A stretch of DNA of 64,000 nucleotides from a phage. Each line of letters begins with the position of its first letter. Position 1 is the stretch's first letter. The DNA is taken from sequence record PZ386970.1. One strand, written 5' to 3'. The position numbers and the translations under genes were made by a program. Below, piece after piece: positions 45,856 through 57,886 of the stretch. Below the pieces are notes generated by a model. The model saw only the letters and a list, made by a program, of their open reading frames with translations, did no database searches and was not told where the DNA came from.

Positions 45856-47588
45856 TGGAAATGATTAGCAGTAGCCTTAATTGGTTCGTGGGTGTTGTCG
45901 AGGACAGAATGGACCCATTAAAACAAGGGCGAGTTCGAGTTCGAGTCGTTGGTCTTCATCCGGCACAGAGAGCACAAGGTGATGTACAAGGTATTCCTAC
46001 AGAAAAACTTCCATGGATGACTGTTATTCAACCTATTACGTCTGCATCAATGTCAGGTATTGGTGGTTCTGTTACAGGTCCTGTTGAAGGAACTCGAGTA
46101 TATGGTCATTTCTTAGACAAATGGAAAACAAACGGGATTGTACTTGGTACATACGGCGGAATCGTACGTGAAAAGCCTAATAGACTTGAAGGTTTTTCAG
46201 ACCCGACAGGCCAGTATCCACGACGTTTAGGTAATGATACGAACGTATTAAACCAAGGTGGTGAAGCTGGTTATTATTCGAACTCTAACGTAATTCAAGA
46301 TAACAACTTAGATTATGGTATAAACCCAGACGATACAGATTTAGCAAATATTCCAGAAGATGACGACCCTAATTTTACAATAACAGAAATGTTACGTCGT
46401 GACGAAGGTCTTCGTGATAAAGTGTATTGGGACCATCTCGGGTATCCTACAGTAGGTATTGGACACCTTATCGTAATGGAAAAGACCCGAGATATGTCTC
46501 GAATTAATAAATTGTTATCTGATCAAGTAGGGCGTGAAGTAACAGGAAATCCGGGAACTATTACATTAGAAGAAGCAACAGCGTTATTCGAGAAAGACCT
46601 TGCTAAGATGCAGAAAGACATTCGTTCTAATTCTAAAGTAGGTCCTGTTTATGCTAAAATGAACAGATCTCGTCAAATGGCATTAGAAAACATGTGTTTC
46701 CAAATGGGTGTTGGTGGTGTAGCAAAATTCAATACTATGCTTAAAGCAATGGCCGAAGGCGATTGGAAAACTGCATACAAATCTGGACGCGATTCATTAT
46801 GGTTCCAACAGACTAAAGGACGTGCTTCACGCGTAACAACAATTATTTTAACTGGTAACATGGAATCATACGGTGTTCCTGTTAAAACACCACCTTCACC
46901 AGGAGTTGGTGCCGATTTAGTTACTAGAAATACTGATTCAGAAGACCCGGCCGGTCCTCCTGTTCCATTAGATTCACGTATCCTTTTTAAAGAACCGGAA
47001 TCAAGTTATCGCGGTGAGTATCCATACGTTCATGCTATGGAAACAGAAAGTGGTCATATCCAAGAATTTGATGACACTCCAGGTAATGAACGTTATCGCT
47101 TAGTTCATCCAACAGGGTCATATGAGGAAGTTTCTCCATCTGGGCGTCGTACTCGTAAAACTGTAGAAGACCTTTTTGACATCACTAATGGTGATGGGAA
47201 CTTCTTGATTTCTGGTGATAAACTTGTTAACGTTGGTGCTAATGAAATATATTATAACATGGCAGACCGCCTCCATCAAATAGACGGCAATGACACAATC
47301 TTTATTCGTGGTAACCAAACTAAAACTGTTGAAGGCGATGGAACTCTTTACGTTAAGGGCAATATCAAAATAGTTGTTGACGGAAATGCAGATATTCTTG
47401 TTAAAGGTGATGCTAAAACTCAGGTCGAAGGGAATCATGATTACACCGTCAACGGAAACGTTAAATGGACTGTTAATGGTAATGTTGATATGACTGTTGC
47501 CGGGGATTGGGCAGAAACGATGTCTACAATGAGCTCAGTAGCTTCAGGACAATACACTGTTGACGGATCTCGTATTGATATTGGGTAA
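45855..47588 (+). CDS. 5: baseplate central spike / tail lysozyme gp5
   Basis: 577 aa; internal lysozyme domain (RRDEGLRDKVYWDHLGYPTVGIGHL) and C-terminal repetitive VxGxxK beta-helix. Confidence 0.9.
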   Translation: MEMISSSLNWFVGVVEDRMDPLKQGRVRVRVVGLHPAQRAQGDVQGIPTEKLPWMTVIQPITSASMSGIGGSVTGPVEGTRVYGHFLDKWKTNGIVLGTYGGIVREKPNRLEGFSDPTGQYPRRLGNDTNVLNQGGEAGYYSNSNVIQDNNLDYGINPDDTDLANIPEDDDPNFTITEMLRRDEGLRDKVYWDHLGYPTVGIGHLIVMEKTRDMSRINKLLSDQVGREVTGNPGTITLEEATALFEKDLAKMQKDIRSNSKVGPVYAKMNRSRQMALENMCFQMGVGGVAKFNTMLKAMAEGDWKTAYKSGRDSLWFQQTKGRASRVTTIILTGNMESYGVPVKTPPSPGVGADLVTRNTDSEDPAGPPVPLDSRILFKEPESSYRGEYPYVHAMETESGHIQEFDDTPGNERYRLVHPTGSYEEVSPSGRRTRKTVEDLFDITNGDGNFLISGDKLVNVGANEIYYNMADRLHQIDGNDTIFIRGNQTKTVEGDGTLYVKGNIKIVVDGNADILVKGDAKTQVEGNHDYTVNGNVKWTVNGNVDMTVAGDWAETMSTMSSVASGQYTVDGSRIDIG

Positions 47589-47591
47589 TAT

Positions 47592-48107
47592 ATGGCACAA
47601 ATACTTCCTTTAAATACCGACTTAGGAGAAGACATGGAAGGGGCGTCTATTGACGTCCTTTTTACTCCACAGTTAGAAACAACCGAAACTTTAGTGTCAA
47701 TAAATATAACAGATTATGAACCGACACAAGGCATTACGGTAGATGGTAATCATTTATATGGAACATATGAAAGTGTGTTTAGCTTTTCTTCGGATGCATT
47801 GAAATACCGATTAAATGATGATTTTGAAACCGCATCTTCATGGGATGATTTACCGAAAGATGAATCCACACAGTTATATTTGTGGAGAGCTCCTCAGAAT
47901 CTTCGTAAAGTGTTTAGTTATACGGTTGAAATGATTTATAACTACCAAGAAGAAAGTTCATCAGGCGGCACAAGAAGTGACTCTGGTACAGAACCTCCAC
48001 CGGCTCCAGTACAAAAAACTCTTACTAAGGTTTATACAAAAACTATAGTAGGAAATTGGAGCAAATGGGCACAACAATTACGAAACTATGTTTATATGAG
48101 GCCATAA
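47592..48107 (+). CDS. gp5.1-like protein
   Basis: 171 aa ORF between gp5 and the spike-tip gene. Confidence 0.5.
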   Translation: MAQILPLNTDLGEDMEGASIDVLFTPQLETTETLVSINITDYEPTQGITVDGNHLYGTYESVFSFSSDALKYRLNDDFETASSWDDLPKDESTQLYLWRAPQNLRKVFSYTVEMIYNYQEESSSGGTRSDSGTEPPPAPVQKTLTKVYTKTIVGNWSKWAQQLRNYVYMRP

Positions 48108-48109
48108 AA

Positions 48110-48403
48110 ATGTCTGGCTTAAGTTACGACCAGTGCGTTACAACAGGTCATGAAGCATGGCCTCCTACGGTAATTAACGCTTCTCAATCTAAAGTATTCA
48201 CCGGTGGTATTCCTGTTCTTGTAGCAGGAGACCAAATAACACCTCATACAGAAATTAAAAAACCATACGAGACTCATGGAGGTGTTACTGAACCTCGTAC
48301 ATCTAAAGTATACGTCACCGGTAAAAAGGCCGTTCAAATGGCTGACCCAATTTCATGCGGGGATACTGTTTCTCAGGCCTCGTCAAAAGTCTTTATAAAA
48401 TAG
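48110..48403 (+). CDS. 5.4: PAAR-repeat spike tip protein gp5.4
   Basis: About 97 aa from [10 protein letters not shown]...; size and position match T4 gp5.4. Confidence 0.65.
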   Translation: MSGLSYDQCVTTGHEAWPPTVINASQSKVFTGGIPVLVAGDQITPHTEIKKPYETHGGVTEPRTSKVYVTGKKAVQMADPISCGDTVSQASSKVFIK

Positions 48404-48411
48404 GAATTAAA

Positions 48412-50385
48412 ATGGCAAACACTCCTGTAAATTATCAATTAACCCGAACAGCGAATGCTATTCCCGAGATTTTTATCGGGGGCACATTTGCCGAAATCAA
48501 ACAGAACATTATCGAATGGCTCCATGGACAGAATGAATTTCTTGACTATGATTTTGAAGGTTCACGCTTAAACGTATTGTGCGACCTTTTAGCATATAAC
48601 ACTCTTTACATCCAACAGTTTAGTAATAGCGCAGTGTATGAAAGTTTTATGCGCACTGCAAACTTGCGTAGCTCTGTTGTACAAGCGGCTCAAGATAACG
48701 GATATCTGCCTTCATCTAAATCAGCAGCACAAACAGAAATTATGCTCACATGTACGGATGCGTTAAATAGAAACTATATCACCATTCCACGTGGCACTCG
48801 TTTCTTAGCATATGCTAAAGATACTTCTGTTAACCCATATAACTTTGTTTCTACTGAAGATGTCATTGTAGTTAAAGACAAAAATAACCAATATTTTCCA
48901 CGTCTTCGATTAGCTCAAGGACGTATTGTTCGCACTGAATTAACCTTTGATAAATTAAAACCTATCATTATTCGTGATAAGAATATTGACCGTAATTTAG
49001 TTAAGTTGTATGTTGACGGAGCAGAATGGATTAACTGGACTCGTAAGTCGATGGTTCACGCTGGTTCTACGTCAACAATCTATTATATGCGTGAAACAGT
49101 TGATGGGAACACCGAATTTTATTTTGGTGAAGGCGAAATCTCTATTAACACATCAGAAGGTGCGTTAACATCCAACTATATTGGTGGCCTTAAACCTGTT
49201 CAGGGTTCTAAAATCGTAATTGAGTATATTTCTACTAATGGCGCAGATGCTAACGGTGCTGTAGGATTTTCTTATGCTGATACATTAGCTAATATCACGG
49301 TAATCGATATTAATGAGAACCCTAGCAATAACCCAGACTTTGTCGGGGCCGATGGCGGCGGCGACCCTGAAGATATTGAACGTATTCGAGAATTAGGCAC
49401 AATTAAACGCGAAACTCAACAACGTTGTGTAACCGCTTCCGACTATGACACATTCGTCTCTGAGCGGTTTGGTTCTATTATTCAAGCAGTTCAAACATTC
49501 ACAGATTCGTCTAAACCTGGGTATGCATACATTGCTGCTAAGCCTAAATCTGGATTGTATTTGACTTCTGTCCAACGTGATGATATCAAAAACTATTTGA
49601 ATGATTATAACTTAGGGACTATTACACCTGTTGTTATTTCGCCTGATTATTTGTTTATCAAAATGAATATCAAAGTTACGTACGCGTTGAATAAACTCCA
49701 AGAATCAGAACAATATCTTGAAGGGCAAATTATTAATAAAATTGACCGATATTATATTGAAGATGTAGAAATTTTTAACTCATCGTTTGCAAAATCTAAA
49801 ATGCTAACTTATGTCGATGATGCAGATATTTCTATTATTGGTTCTTCAGCTACTATTCAAATGGTTCGCGAAGTACAGAACTTTTATAAAACGCCTGAGG
49901 CCGGTATTAAATACAATAATCAGATTAAAGATAGATCGATGGAATCTAATATATTCTCGTTTGATTCGCACAGACCTAATCCAGAAAATGCAAACGAAAC
50001 TATTAAATACGGCGTTCGCATAGTATCTTCCGACCGTAATGACCGTGGCATAGGTCAAGTTATTATTGGTCCATTTGCAGACGGTGATGTTGTTGAAAAC
50101 GAAAATATACAACCTTATACAGGTAATGATTTTAATAAACTTACTGTTACTGACGGACGAAACAAATACTATTCAATTGGTGAAGTGAATTATCCTGCCG
50201 ATTCGATTTATTGGAACATTGCTAAAATTGACCTCACTTCAGACCGTTTTGAAGTTCAAACAATTGAACTTTATTCCGACCCTGCAGATGATATTATTTT
50301 TACAAAGGATGGTTCTTTAATCGTATTCGAAAATGACTTACGTCCTCAGTACTTAACTATAGATTTGGAGCCTATTTCACAATGA
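48412..50385 (+). CDS. 6: baseplate wedge protein gp6
   Basis: About 657 aa from MANTPVNYQL...; order and size match T4 gp6. Confidence 0.85.
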   Translation: MANTPVNYQLTRTANAIPEIFIGGTFAEIKQNIIEWLHGQNEFLDYDFEGSRLNVLCDLLAYNTLYIQQFSNSAVYESFMRTANLRSSVVQAAQDNGYLPSSKSAAQTEIMLTCTDALNRNYITIPRGTRFLAYAKDTSVNPYNFVSTEDVIVVKDKNNQYFPRLRLAQGRIVRTELTFDKLKPIIIRDKNIDRNLVKLYVDGAEWINWTRKSMVHAGSTSTIYYMRETVDGNTEFYFGEGEISINTSEGALTSNYIGGLKPVQGSKIVIEYISTNGADANGAVGFSYADTLANITVIDINENPSNNPDFVGADGGGDPEDIERIRELGTIKRETQQRCVTASDYDTFVSERFGSIIQAVQTFTDSSKPGYAYIAAKPKSGLYLTSVQRDDIKNYLNDYNLGTITPVVISPDYLFIKMNIKVTYALNKLQESEQYLEGQIINKIDRYYIEDVEIFNSSFAKSKMLTYVDDADISIIGSSATIQMVREVQNFYKTPEAGIKYNNQIKDRSMESNIFSFDSHRPNPENANETIKYGVRIVSSDRNDRGIGQVIIGPFADGDVVENENIQPYTGNDFNKLTVTDGRNKYYSIGEVNYPADSIYWNIAKIDLTSDRFEVQTIELYSDPADDIIFTKDGSLIVFENDLRPQYLTIDLEPISQ

Positions 50386-53300
50386 CAGTAAAAGCGCCAG
50401 CAGTCACAAGTCTCAGAATATCCAAGTTGTCCGCTAACCAAGTTCAAATACGCTGGGATGACGTTGGTGCTAATTTCTACTATTTCGTAGAAATCGCTGA
50501 GACTAAAACGGCAGACGGGGAAACAATTCCTCCTGCCAGCTACAGATGGATAAATTTAGGATATACTCCTAATAACAACTGGTTCGAAAGTAGCTTAGAC
50601 CCATTAACTTCTTATATTATTCGTGTATCAACTGCCGCTGAAGGCTTCGAGAGATCCGATTGGGTATATACCGAAATATTTGAATCATTTCAGACTAACG
50701 CGTATACATTTCAACATATGATTGAAATGCAATTGGCTAACACTTTTATTAGAGAAAAATTTACAAATAACAACATGGCTTATGTCGATTTTAATAACGA
50801 CACTATAATGGCAGCTCTAATGAATGAATCGTTCCAATTTAGCCCTGCTTATGCAGATATTTCATCTATTAAAAATTTCATTATTGGTGAAAATGAGTAT
50901 CATGAAATTCAAGGTTCGATTCAACAGGTGTGTCATGATATAAACCGTGTTTATTTGATGGAATCTGAAGGAATTCTTTATTTGTTTGAAAGGTACCAGC
51001 CTGTGGTTAAAGTCTCTAATGATAAGGGACAAACCTGGAAATCGGTTAAATTGTTTAATGACCGTGTAGGGTACCCTGTATCAAGAACAGTGTATTACCA
51101 GACAGATTACACCACGTATGTTCTTGGGTATGATAAATTATTTTACGGTCGTAAATCAACAGACGTTCGTTGGTCTGCTGATGATGTAAGATTTAGTTCT
51201 CAAGATATAACATTTGCTAAAATTGGCGACCAATTAAATTTAGGATTTGATGTAGAAATATTTGGTAACTACGCATCATTACCTGCTAACGTATCACGTA
51301 TTGCAGAAGCTATAGTTTGCAATGACGATTATGTATATGTTGCTGCTCGAGATAAAGTTCGTTTTATTAAAACTAGTAATGCCCCTATTGATTCAGACCC
51401 GTTATCTCCGACATATTCCGAACGTTTGTTTGAACAAGAAACATTTAACATCACAGGTAACCCTAAGGCAGTTTGCTATAAAATGGATTCTGTCGGTGGT
51501 AAAATATTTGCACTGATTATTGGTGAAGTTGTTAATCTTAATGACGACCCGAGGACCACTCCTATTGTTGATTCTGCTGATAAGGGTGTTTACGTTCTAG
51601 ACCATGATGCTGGCACATTTAAACGTGTGTTTGGTAATACTGAAGAAGAACGCCGTCGTATTGAACCTGGGTACACCAGTATGTCTACTGACGGTGTTGA
51701 GTTATCTATTTCATCCAGTAATTTTAAATTTCTAGAATCAGATATTGTTGATGACCCAAAAACACAAGTCAAGTACGGTTTAATCGGTGCTGTCAAATAC
51801 GAGTATCCTCGCGAATGGTTGGCTGATAAACATTATCATATGATGGCATTTATTTCAACTGAAGACTCTCAATGGGAATCGTTCACTCCCCAACCAATGG
51901 AATACTATGCTGAGCCATTCTTTAGTTATTCTAGAAAGTCTGGTACTCGTTGTTGGATTAATAACTCGGACAAGGCCGTTGTAATTTATTCTGATTTACT
52001 TTACACTAAGGTTATTGAGAATCATCCACTTAGTTCTTCAGATCGTGAAGTTCATGAATATTGGAAGGACGGTGACTGTACAATAGTGATGCCTAACGTA
52101 GATTTCACCGGATTTAAAAAATATGCATCTGGCATGATTTTCTATAAAGCATCAGGTGAGATTATTTCTTATTATGATTTTAGTTATCGTGTTAGAGATA
52201 ATGTTTCTATAATTTGGAAGCCTACTAATATATTCTTAACAGCATCATTACAAAACCAAGAAAAAGATACCACATGGACTCCTGTAGAAGAGAACGGTAT
52301 TGCAGACCCAGATTTACGTCCATTGCTCACTACAATGATGCCAGAGTCTTATCTTTTAGATAATACAAACTTCGAAGCGTTCTGCGAGGCTTATATTCAG
52401 TATCTTTCTGACGGTTATGGGACCCATTATAACAACCTTTTGAATCTTATTAAAAATCAATATCCGCGCGAAGAACATGCGTGGGAATACTTATGGTCTG
52501 AGATTTATAAACGAAACATTTACTTAAACGCCGAAAAACGCGATTTAGTGTCTCGTTTCTTTGAATCAAGAAGTTATGACTTCTATTCAACTAAAGGAAC
52601 TGAAGCGTCATATAAATTCTTGTTTAAAGTGCTTTATAACGAAGATGTTGAAATTGAAATTGAATCTAGTTCCGGGACCGAATATGATATCATCATTGAA
52701 TCTGATTCGTTGACAGAAGATTTGGTCGGACAAACCATATACACCGCGACAGGACGTTGTAATGTGACGTATATCGAGAGAAGTTACTCTAAAGGTAAAT
52801 TACAATGGACCGTAACAATTCACAACCTCTTAGGTCGTTTAATCCAAGGACAGGAAGTTAAAGCTGAAAGACTCCCTGGTTTTGAAGGTGAAATTGTTCG
52901 CGGTATTAAAGGTAAAGAGCTTTCTCAGAACAACATCGATTACATAAATCGTGGTAGAGCATACTACGTAATGAAGATTAAATCTAAACTTCCATCATCT
53001 CGTTGGAAATCAGACGTATTACGTTTTGTTCATCCGGTTGGATTTGGATTTATCGCAATTACCCTTCTCACAATGTTTATTAACACCGGATTAACACTTA
53101 AACATGTTGAAACCATTATTAATAAATACAAAAACTATAAGTGGGATTCTGGATTACCGACTAAATATGCAGACCGAGTGGCTAAATTAGACCCACAAGG
53201 AAATGTTGAGTTTGACCCTATTACAGGTAAAGCGATATATGAAATAGGCCCTATGGCTGGTCAAGATTATCCATTGCCTGAAGATTATAACGCTGAAAAC

Positions 53301-53480
53301 AATAACTCCATATTTCAAGGTCAACTTCCATCGGAACGACGTAAACTGATGAGCCCATTATTTGATGCATCCGGAACAACATTCTCTAGGTTTAGAGATT
53401 TGGTTGAACAGCGGTTAATCGATAATGTAGGAAATCCAAGAGACCCCGTGAATCCACCACAGGTTAAATTAGATGAATGA
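50382..53480 (+). CDS. 7: baseplate wedge protein gp7
   Basis: 1032 aa, same length as T4 gp7, in conserved order. Confidence 0.85.
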   Translation: MTVKAPAVTSLRISKLSANQVQIRWDDVGANFYYFVEIAETKTADGETIPPASYRWINLGYTPNNNWFESSLDPLTSYIIRVSTAAEGFERSDWVYTEIFESFQTNAYTFQHMIEMQLANTFIREKFTNNNMAYVDFNNDTIMAALMNESFQFSPAYADISSIKNFIIGENEYHEIQGSIQQVCHDINRVYLMESEGILYLFERYQPVVKVSNDKGQTWKSVKLFNDRVGYPVSRTVYYQTDYTTYVLGYDKLFYGRKSTDVRWSADDVRFSSQDITFAKIGDQLNLGFDVEIFGNYASLPANVSRIAEAIVCNDDYVYVAARDKVRFIKTSNAPIDSDPLSPTYSERLFEQETFNITGNPKAVCYKMDSVGGKIFALIIGEVVNLNDDPRTTPIVDSADKGVYVLDHDAGTFKRVFGNTEEERRRIEPGYTSMSTDGVELSISSSNFKFLESDIVDDPKTQVKYGLIGAVKYEYPREWLADKHYHMMAFISTEDSQWESFTPQPMEYYAEPFFSYSRKSGTRCWINNSDKAVVIYSDLLYTKVIENHPLSSSDREVHEYWKDGDCTIVMPNVDFTGFKKYASGMIFYKASGEIISYYDFSYRVRDNVSIIWKPTNIFLTASLQNQEKDTTWTPVEENGIADPDLRPLLTTMMPESYLLDNTNFEAFCEAYIQYLSDGYGTHYNNLLNLIKNQYPREEHAWEYLWSEIYKRNIYLNAEKRDLVSRFFESRSYDFYSTKGTEASYKFLFKVLYNEDVEIEIESSSGTEYDIIIESDSLTEDLVGQTIYTATGRCNVTYIERSYSKGKLQWTVTIHNLLGRLIQGQEVKAERLPGFEGEIVRGIKGKELSQNNIDYINRGRAYYVMKIKSKLPSSRWKSDVLRFVHPVGFGFIAITLLTMFINTGLTLKHVETIINKYKNYKWDSGLPTKYADRVAKLDPQGNVEFDPITGKAIYEIGPMAGQDYPLPEDYNAENNNSIFQGQLPSERRKLMSPLFDASGTTFSRFRDLVEQRLIDNVGNPRDPVNPPQVKLDE

Positions 53481-54477
53481 TTCAAGTGTTATCTATCGTG
53501 CAATAGTTACATCAAAATTTAGAACAGAGAAAATGCTGAATTTTTATAATTCAGTTGGTGATGGAGATGATAAGAACTCCATTTATATTACGTTTGGACG
53601 TTCAGAGCCTTGGGCGTCAAATGAAAATGAGGTGGGCTTCGCCCCACCTTATCCTACAGATTCTGTTCTTGGTGTTACTGATATGTGGACCCATATGATG
53701 GGCACCGTTAAAGTTTTACCTTCAATGTTAGATTCTGTTATTCCTAGGCGTGATTGGGGAGATGTGCGATATCCAGACCCTTACACGTTTAGAATTAACG
53801 ATATAGTCGCATGTAATACTGCTCCGTACAACGCGACAGAAGTTGGAGCCGGTTGGTTAATTTACCGTTGTTTAGACGTCCCTGACGTAGGGCTCTGTTC
53901 AATAGAATCTTTAGATAATAAAGATGAATGTCTTAAATTAGGTGGTAAATGGACCCCGTCTGTTCGTTCTATGTCTCCTCCTGAAGGCAGAGGCGATGCT
54001 AATGGGGTTATCGAAACCGGTGATGGATATATTTGGGAATACCTTTATGAGATTCCTGCCGATGTGTCAATTAACCGTTGCACTAATGAATATCTTGTAG
54101 TTCCATGGCCGGAAGAAATTAAAGAAGATCCCACGCGTTGGGGATACGAAAATAACTTAACTTGGCAACAAGATGACTACGGCTTGATTTACCGTGTTAA
54201 AGCCAATACGATGCGGTTTAAAGCATATTTTGATTCTGTTTATTTCCCTGAGGCAGCTTTGCCTGGTAACAAGGGTTTTAGACAGATATCAATTATCACA
54301 AACCCGTTAGAAGCTAAGAAAAATCCAAATGACCCTAATGTTAAAGCAGAAAAGGATTATTACGACCCTAGAGACCTGCAACGTCATTCAGGTGAAATGA
54401 TTTATATGGAAAACCGACCACCTGTTATTATGGCAATGGACCAAACAGAAGAAATTAACATTTTGTTTATGTTTTAA
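53473..54477 (+). CDS. 8: baseplate wedge protein gp8
   Basis: 334 aa, same length as T4 gp8. Confidence 0.85.
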   Translation: MNDSSVIYRAIVTSKFRTEKMLNFYNSVGDGDDKNSIYITFGRSEPWASNENEVGFAPPYPTDSVLGVTDMWTHMMGTVKVLPSMLDSVIPRRDWGDVRYPDPYTFRINDIVACNTAPYNATEVGAGWLIYRCLDVPDVGLCSIESLDNKDECLKLGGKWTPSVRSMSPPEGRGDANGVIETGDGYIWEYLYEIPADVSINRCTNEYLVVPWPEEIKEDPTRWGYENNLTWQQDDYGLIYRVKANTMRFKAYFDSVYFPEAALPGNKGFRQISIITNPLEAKKNPNDPNVKAEKDYYDPRDLQRHSGEMIYMENRPPVIMAMDQTEEINILFMF

Positions 54478-54480
54478 TTA

Positions 54481-54505
54481 GGGAGCCTTCGGGCTCCCAT
54501 TTTTG
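54481..54505 (+). terminator. rho-independent terminator
   Basis: GGGAGCC-UUCG-GGCUCCC followed by AUUUUUG directly after the gp8 stop. Confidence 0.6.
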
Positions 54506-54509
54506 TATC

Positions 54510-54517
54510 TATAAATA
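54510..54517 (+). promoter_or_regulatory. T4 late promoter (TATAAATA)
   Basis: Exact TATAAATA 33 nt upstream of the gp9 start, just after the terminator. Confidence 0.55.
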
Positions 54518-54549
54518 GAATATAATATCGGACAACAAAAGGCAGAATT

Positions 54550-55422
54550 ATGGCATTTTTTAAGCAAACTCCTAAACAATTAATCGATACCGGCGAAATT
54601 GGTAATGCCTCAACAGGTGATATCTTATTCGACGGTGGTAATAAAATAAATGACGATATCAACGCTATTTACAATGCATTTGGCGATCAACGTAAAATGG
54701 CTGTAGCAGATGGAACCGGGCCTACAGGTCAAACTATTCATGCCACAGGTTATTATCAAAAAGGAAAGGCAGCCGATTATCAAACTCCTATTAAACCAGG
54801 CACCATGCATGATATTGATGCTTCTGATGGCGGTGTGATTGTTATTATTGACCGTCCTGAATTAGGTGACTCTGTAGAATTCATAAACTCTAATGGGTCT
54901 ATTTCTGTTAACAATCCTTTAAGTATCCAAGTAACCGATGGTTCGATTAAAGGTGTTCTTAATAATCTTGTTATTTCCACCCCTTATACCCATGTTGTTC
55001 TTCGTTGTGTTGAAATTAATGGGCCAACTTCAGTATGGAATTATTCTACTGATAGCATGTTTGGACAAAAAGAATCTCCCGTCGATGGGACTTGGAGTCT
55101 TACAGGAAACACAGTTTCTATTCCTCTGTTTTATCGCACAGATTATAACATGGCTAAATTGCTTGTTACATGTCAATCCGCCGACGGTAGAAAAATAAAA
55201 ACATGCGAAATAAATATTCTAATAGATACAATTAACTCAGAAGTTCTTTCTACCGAATTTGCAGTAATGCGAGTTGGTAATGTAGATGAAACCGACGAGA
55301 TTGCTAATATTAGCTTTAGTATTATTAACAACTTTGCTACTATGACGATTACATCCGATATTATTGGATTACGTTCAGCAGTTAAAATTATCTCAACTCA
55401 GAAAATTGGGGTCGCTCAATAA
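54550..55422 (+). CDS. 9: baseplate wedge protein gp9 (long tail fibre socket)
   Basis: 290 aa; order and size as T4 gp9. Confidence 0.85.
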   Translation: MAFFKQTPKQLIDTGEIGNASTGDILFDGGNKINDDINAIYNAFGDQRKMAVADGTGPTGQTIHATGYYQKGKAADYQTPIKPGTMHDIDASDGGVIVIIDRPELGDSVEFINSNGSISVNNPLSIQVTDGSIKGVLNNLVISTPYTHVVLRCVEINGPTSVWNYSTDSMFGQKESPVDGTWSLTGNTVSIPLFYRTDYNMAKLLVTCQSADGRKIKTCEINILIDTINSEVLSTEFAVMRVGNVDETDEIANISFSIINNFATMTITSDIIGLRSAVKIISTQKIGVAQ

Positions 55423-57227
55423 TGAAACAAAATATTAAAATTGGTAACGTCGTTGATGACGGACAAGGCGATTACCTTCGTCGAGGTGGTGAAAAAATAA
55501 ATGAGAACTTTGACGAAATCTATTATGAATTAGGTGATGGTGAAGTTCCTTATGCAGCTGGTGCATGGAAGACTTATGACGCGGCTGATGGTCTTAATCT
55601 TAAGGCGGCTTGGGGTAAATCTTATGCAATTAATACTACTTCTGGGCGAGTTTCGGTAAATCTTCCTAAAGGGACAATTGCAGACTATAATAAAGTTATT
55701 CGTGCTCGTGACGTATTTGCAACTTGGAACATCAACCCTGTTACTTTAATTCCGGCAAACGGAGACACGATTAAAGGTTCTTCATCTCCAGTAGAAATTA
55801 ACGTTCAGTTCTCTGATTTAGAATTAGTTTATTGTGCTCCTGGTCGTTGGGAATACATCAAGAACAAACAAATTGATAAAATAGTTAGCTCTGACATTAG
55901 TAACGTTGCTCGTAGAGAATATCTGGTTGAAACCCAAGGTCAGACCGATTTCACGGATGTTTTTAACGGGACCTCTTATAACGTTAACAACATTCGCGTA
56001 AAACACCGTGGCAACGAATTGTATTATGGTGATGTATTCAGTGATAATAGTGATTTTGGTTCTCCAGGCGCTAATCCTGGTGAGCTGGTTGCACTTGATG
56101 GATTTAATATTAGATTACGCCAACCATGTAATGTTGGGGACACTGTACAAATTGAGACATTTCTAGATGGTGTTTCTCAGTGGCGTAGTTCATATACTCG
56201 TCGCCAAGTTCGCATTTTAGATAGTAAATTAACTGCTAAAAAGTCTATTGATGGAAGTATTTACGTCACTGATTTGAGTACGTTCCGGTCTATTCCATTT
56301 ACAGCATTTGGTATTAATCCTACAGAACCACCTAACCCGAATTCATTAGAAGTTCGCTTCAATGGTATTCTCCAAGAATTAGCTGGTACTGTTGGAACTC
56401 CTATTTTCCGTTGTGAAGGTGTGGATGCTGATTCTGAAGAGTCATGCGCTAATCTCGGCGGGACATGGACTCAATCGTATACAGATTATGCGATCGAATA
56501 TACTGATAATATCCCTAGCGCAATTCTGTTTGATCGTCAATTTGAAGACCAAGACATTATTACCATCACATGGTTTAATAACGATTTAGGAACTCTTCTT
56601 GAAATGGAAGAAATCCTTGATGTCGCTGATGAGAAATATGTTTCTCAAGGGTCTAACATTGAAATTACTGGTGACGTTGCATTAACTGATTTCGATAAAA
56701 TTGGATGGCCTAATGTAGAACCTGTTCCTAAGTATGAACGTGAATTCTCAACTATCTCAGCAATATTTGATACAATTTATCCTGTCGGGACTATTTACGA
56801 AAATGCTGTTAACCCTAATAATCCGGCCACTTATTTAGGTTTTGGTTCGTGGAAAATTTGGGGACAAGGCAAAGTATTAGCCGGTTGGAATGATGACGCA
56901 TCGGATCCTAATTTTGCATTAAATAATAATGACCTTGACATCAATGGTAACCCTACTCATACCGCAGGTGGTACCGTTGGTGTAACAACTATCACATTAG
57001 AAAATGCTGATTTACCAGCTACACAAACCGATGAAAAGGTTCTTATTTCTGATGATAATGGTACAGTAATTATAGGCGGTTGTCAATATGACCCAGATGC
57101 AGAAGGTCCTATTTACACTAAATATCGTGAAGACCATGCAAAGACTAATGGATCTCATGTTCCAGCACGTTCTATAACTAATATTCAGCCATCTATAACT
57201 GTATACCGTTGGGTAAGGATTGCATAA
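55422..57227 (+). CDS. 10: baseplate wedge protein gp10
   Basis: 601 aa; order and size as T4 gp10. Confidence 0.85.
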   Translation: MKQNIKIGNVVDDGQGDYLRRGGEKINENFDEIYYELGDGEVPYAAGAWKTYDAADGLNLKAAWGKSYAINTTSGRVSVNLPKGTIADYNKVIRARDVFATWNINPVTLIPANGDTIKGSSSPVEINVQFSDLELVYCAPGRWEYIKNKQIDKIVSSDISNVARREYLVETQGQTDFTDVFNGTSYNVNNIRVKHRGNELYYGDVFSDNSDFGSPGANPGELVALDGFNIRLRQPCNVGDTVQIETFLDGVSQWRSSYTRRQVRILDSKLTAKKSIDGSIYVTDLSTFRSIPFTAFGINPTEPPNPNSLEVRFNGILQELAGTVGTPIFRCEGVDADSEESCANLGGTWTQSYTDYAIEYTDNIPSAILFDRQFEDQDIITITWFNNDLGTLLEMEEILDVADEKYVSQGSNIEITGDVALTDFDKIGWPNVEPVPKYEREFSTISAIFDTIYPVGTIYENAVNPNNPATYLGFGSWKIWGQGKVLAGWNDDASDPNFALNNNDLDINGNPTHTAGGTVGVTTITLENADLPATQTDEKVLISDDNGTVIIGGCQYDPDAEGPIYTKYREDHAKTNGSHVPARSITNIQPSITVYRWVRIA

Positions 57228-57886
57228 TGACTGTACTTAATACAAAGGCGGGAGTTATTTCCCGTCATGCTGATTTTTTGAATTACAGAAAAAATCCAGC
57301 TCAAATCGATGTTTTAAACAACCAAGCTGTAGGTTCCGTGACTATTTCTCAGTTAGCTCGCGGTTTTTATGATGCTAACGTAGAATCTGCAATAAATGAT
57401 GTCCATAATATGGCACGAGCCGATATTGGTACTGTTGTCACAAACACTTCAGGCATATCGCCTGAAGGTACAGCACAAGTTGATTATTGGACTTTTTCTG
57501 GTGATGTTCTCGACGATACTTTGGACACTGGAACGCCAGTCGTTATTAACATATTTGGACTTGCTGTTAAAGCAACAATCGGTATGACTGATAACGAATT
57601 AACGGCACAAGTTCGTATAGCTTTACAAGAGGCCATTGCTAATCAAATCGCTATTTCTTCTTATAAAGACCATCCAACTGAAGGTAATAAACTTCAGGTG
57701 ACATATTTAGATAACCAACGTCATGTGTTGCCAACATATGCTTCGTTTGGTGTAACAATTTCGCAAGAAATTTTGTCTGAAGCAAAATCCGGATACGGAA
57801 CATGGAATTTATTGGGTGCCCAAACGGTTACTCTTGATAACCATGATACTCCTACCGTTTTCTACCACTTTGTGAGAGCCTCATGA
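57227..57886 (+). CDS. 11: baseplate wedge protein gp11
   Basis: Start set at the ATG overlapping the gp10 stop (TAATGA), giving 219 aa as in T4 gp11. Confidence 0.8.
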   Translation: MTVLNTKAGVISRHADFLNYRKNPAQIDVLNNQAVGSVTISQLARGFYDANVESAINDVHNMARADIGTVVTNTSGISPEGTAQVDYWTFSGDVLDDTLDTGTPVVINIFGLAVKATIGMTDNELTAQVRIALQEAIANQIAISSYKDHPTEGNKLQVTYLDNQRHVLPTYASFGVTISQEILSEAKSGYGTWNLLGAQTVTLDNHDTPTVFYHFVRAS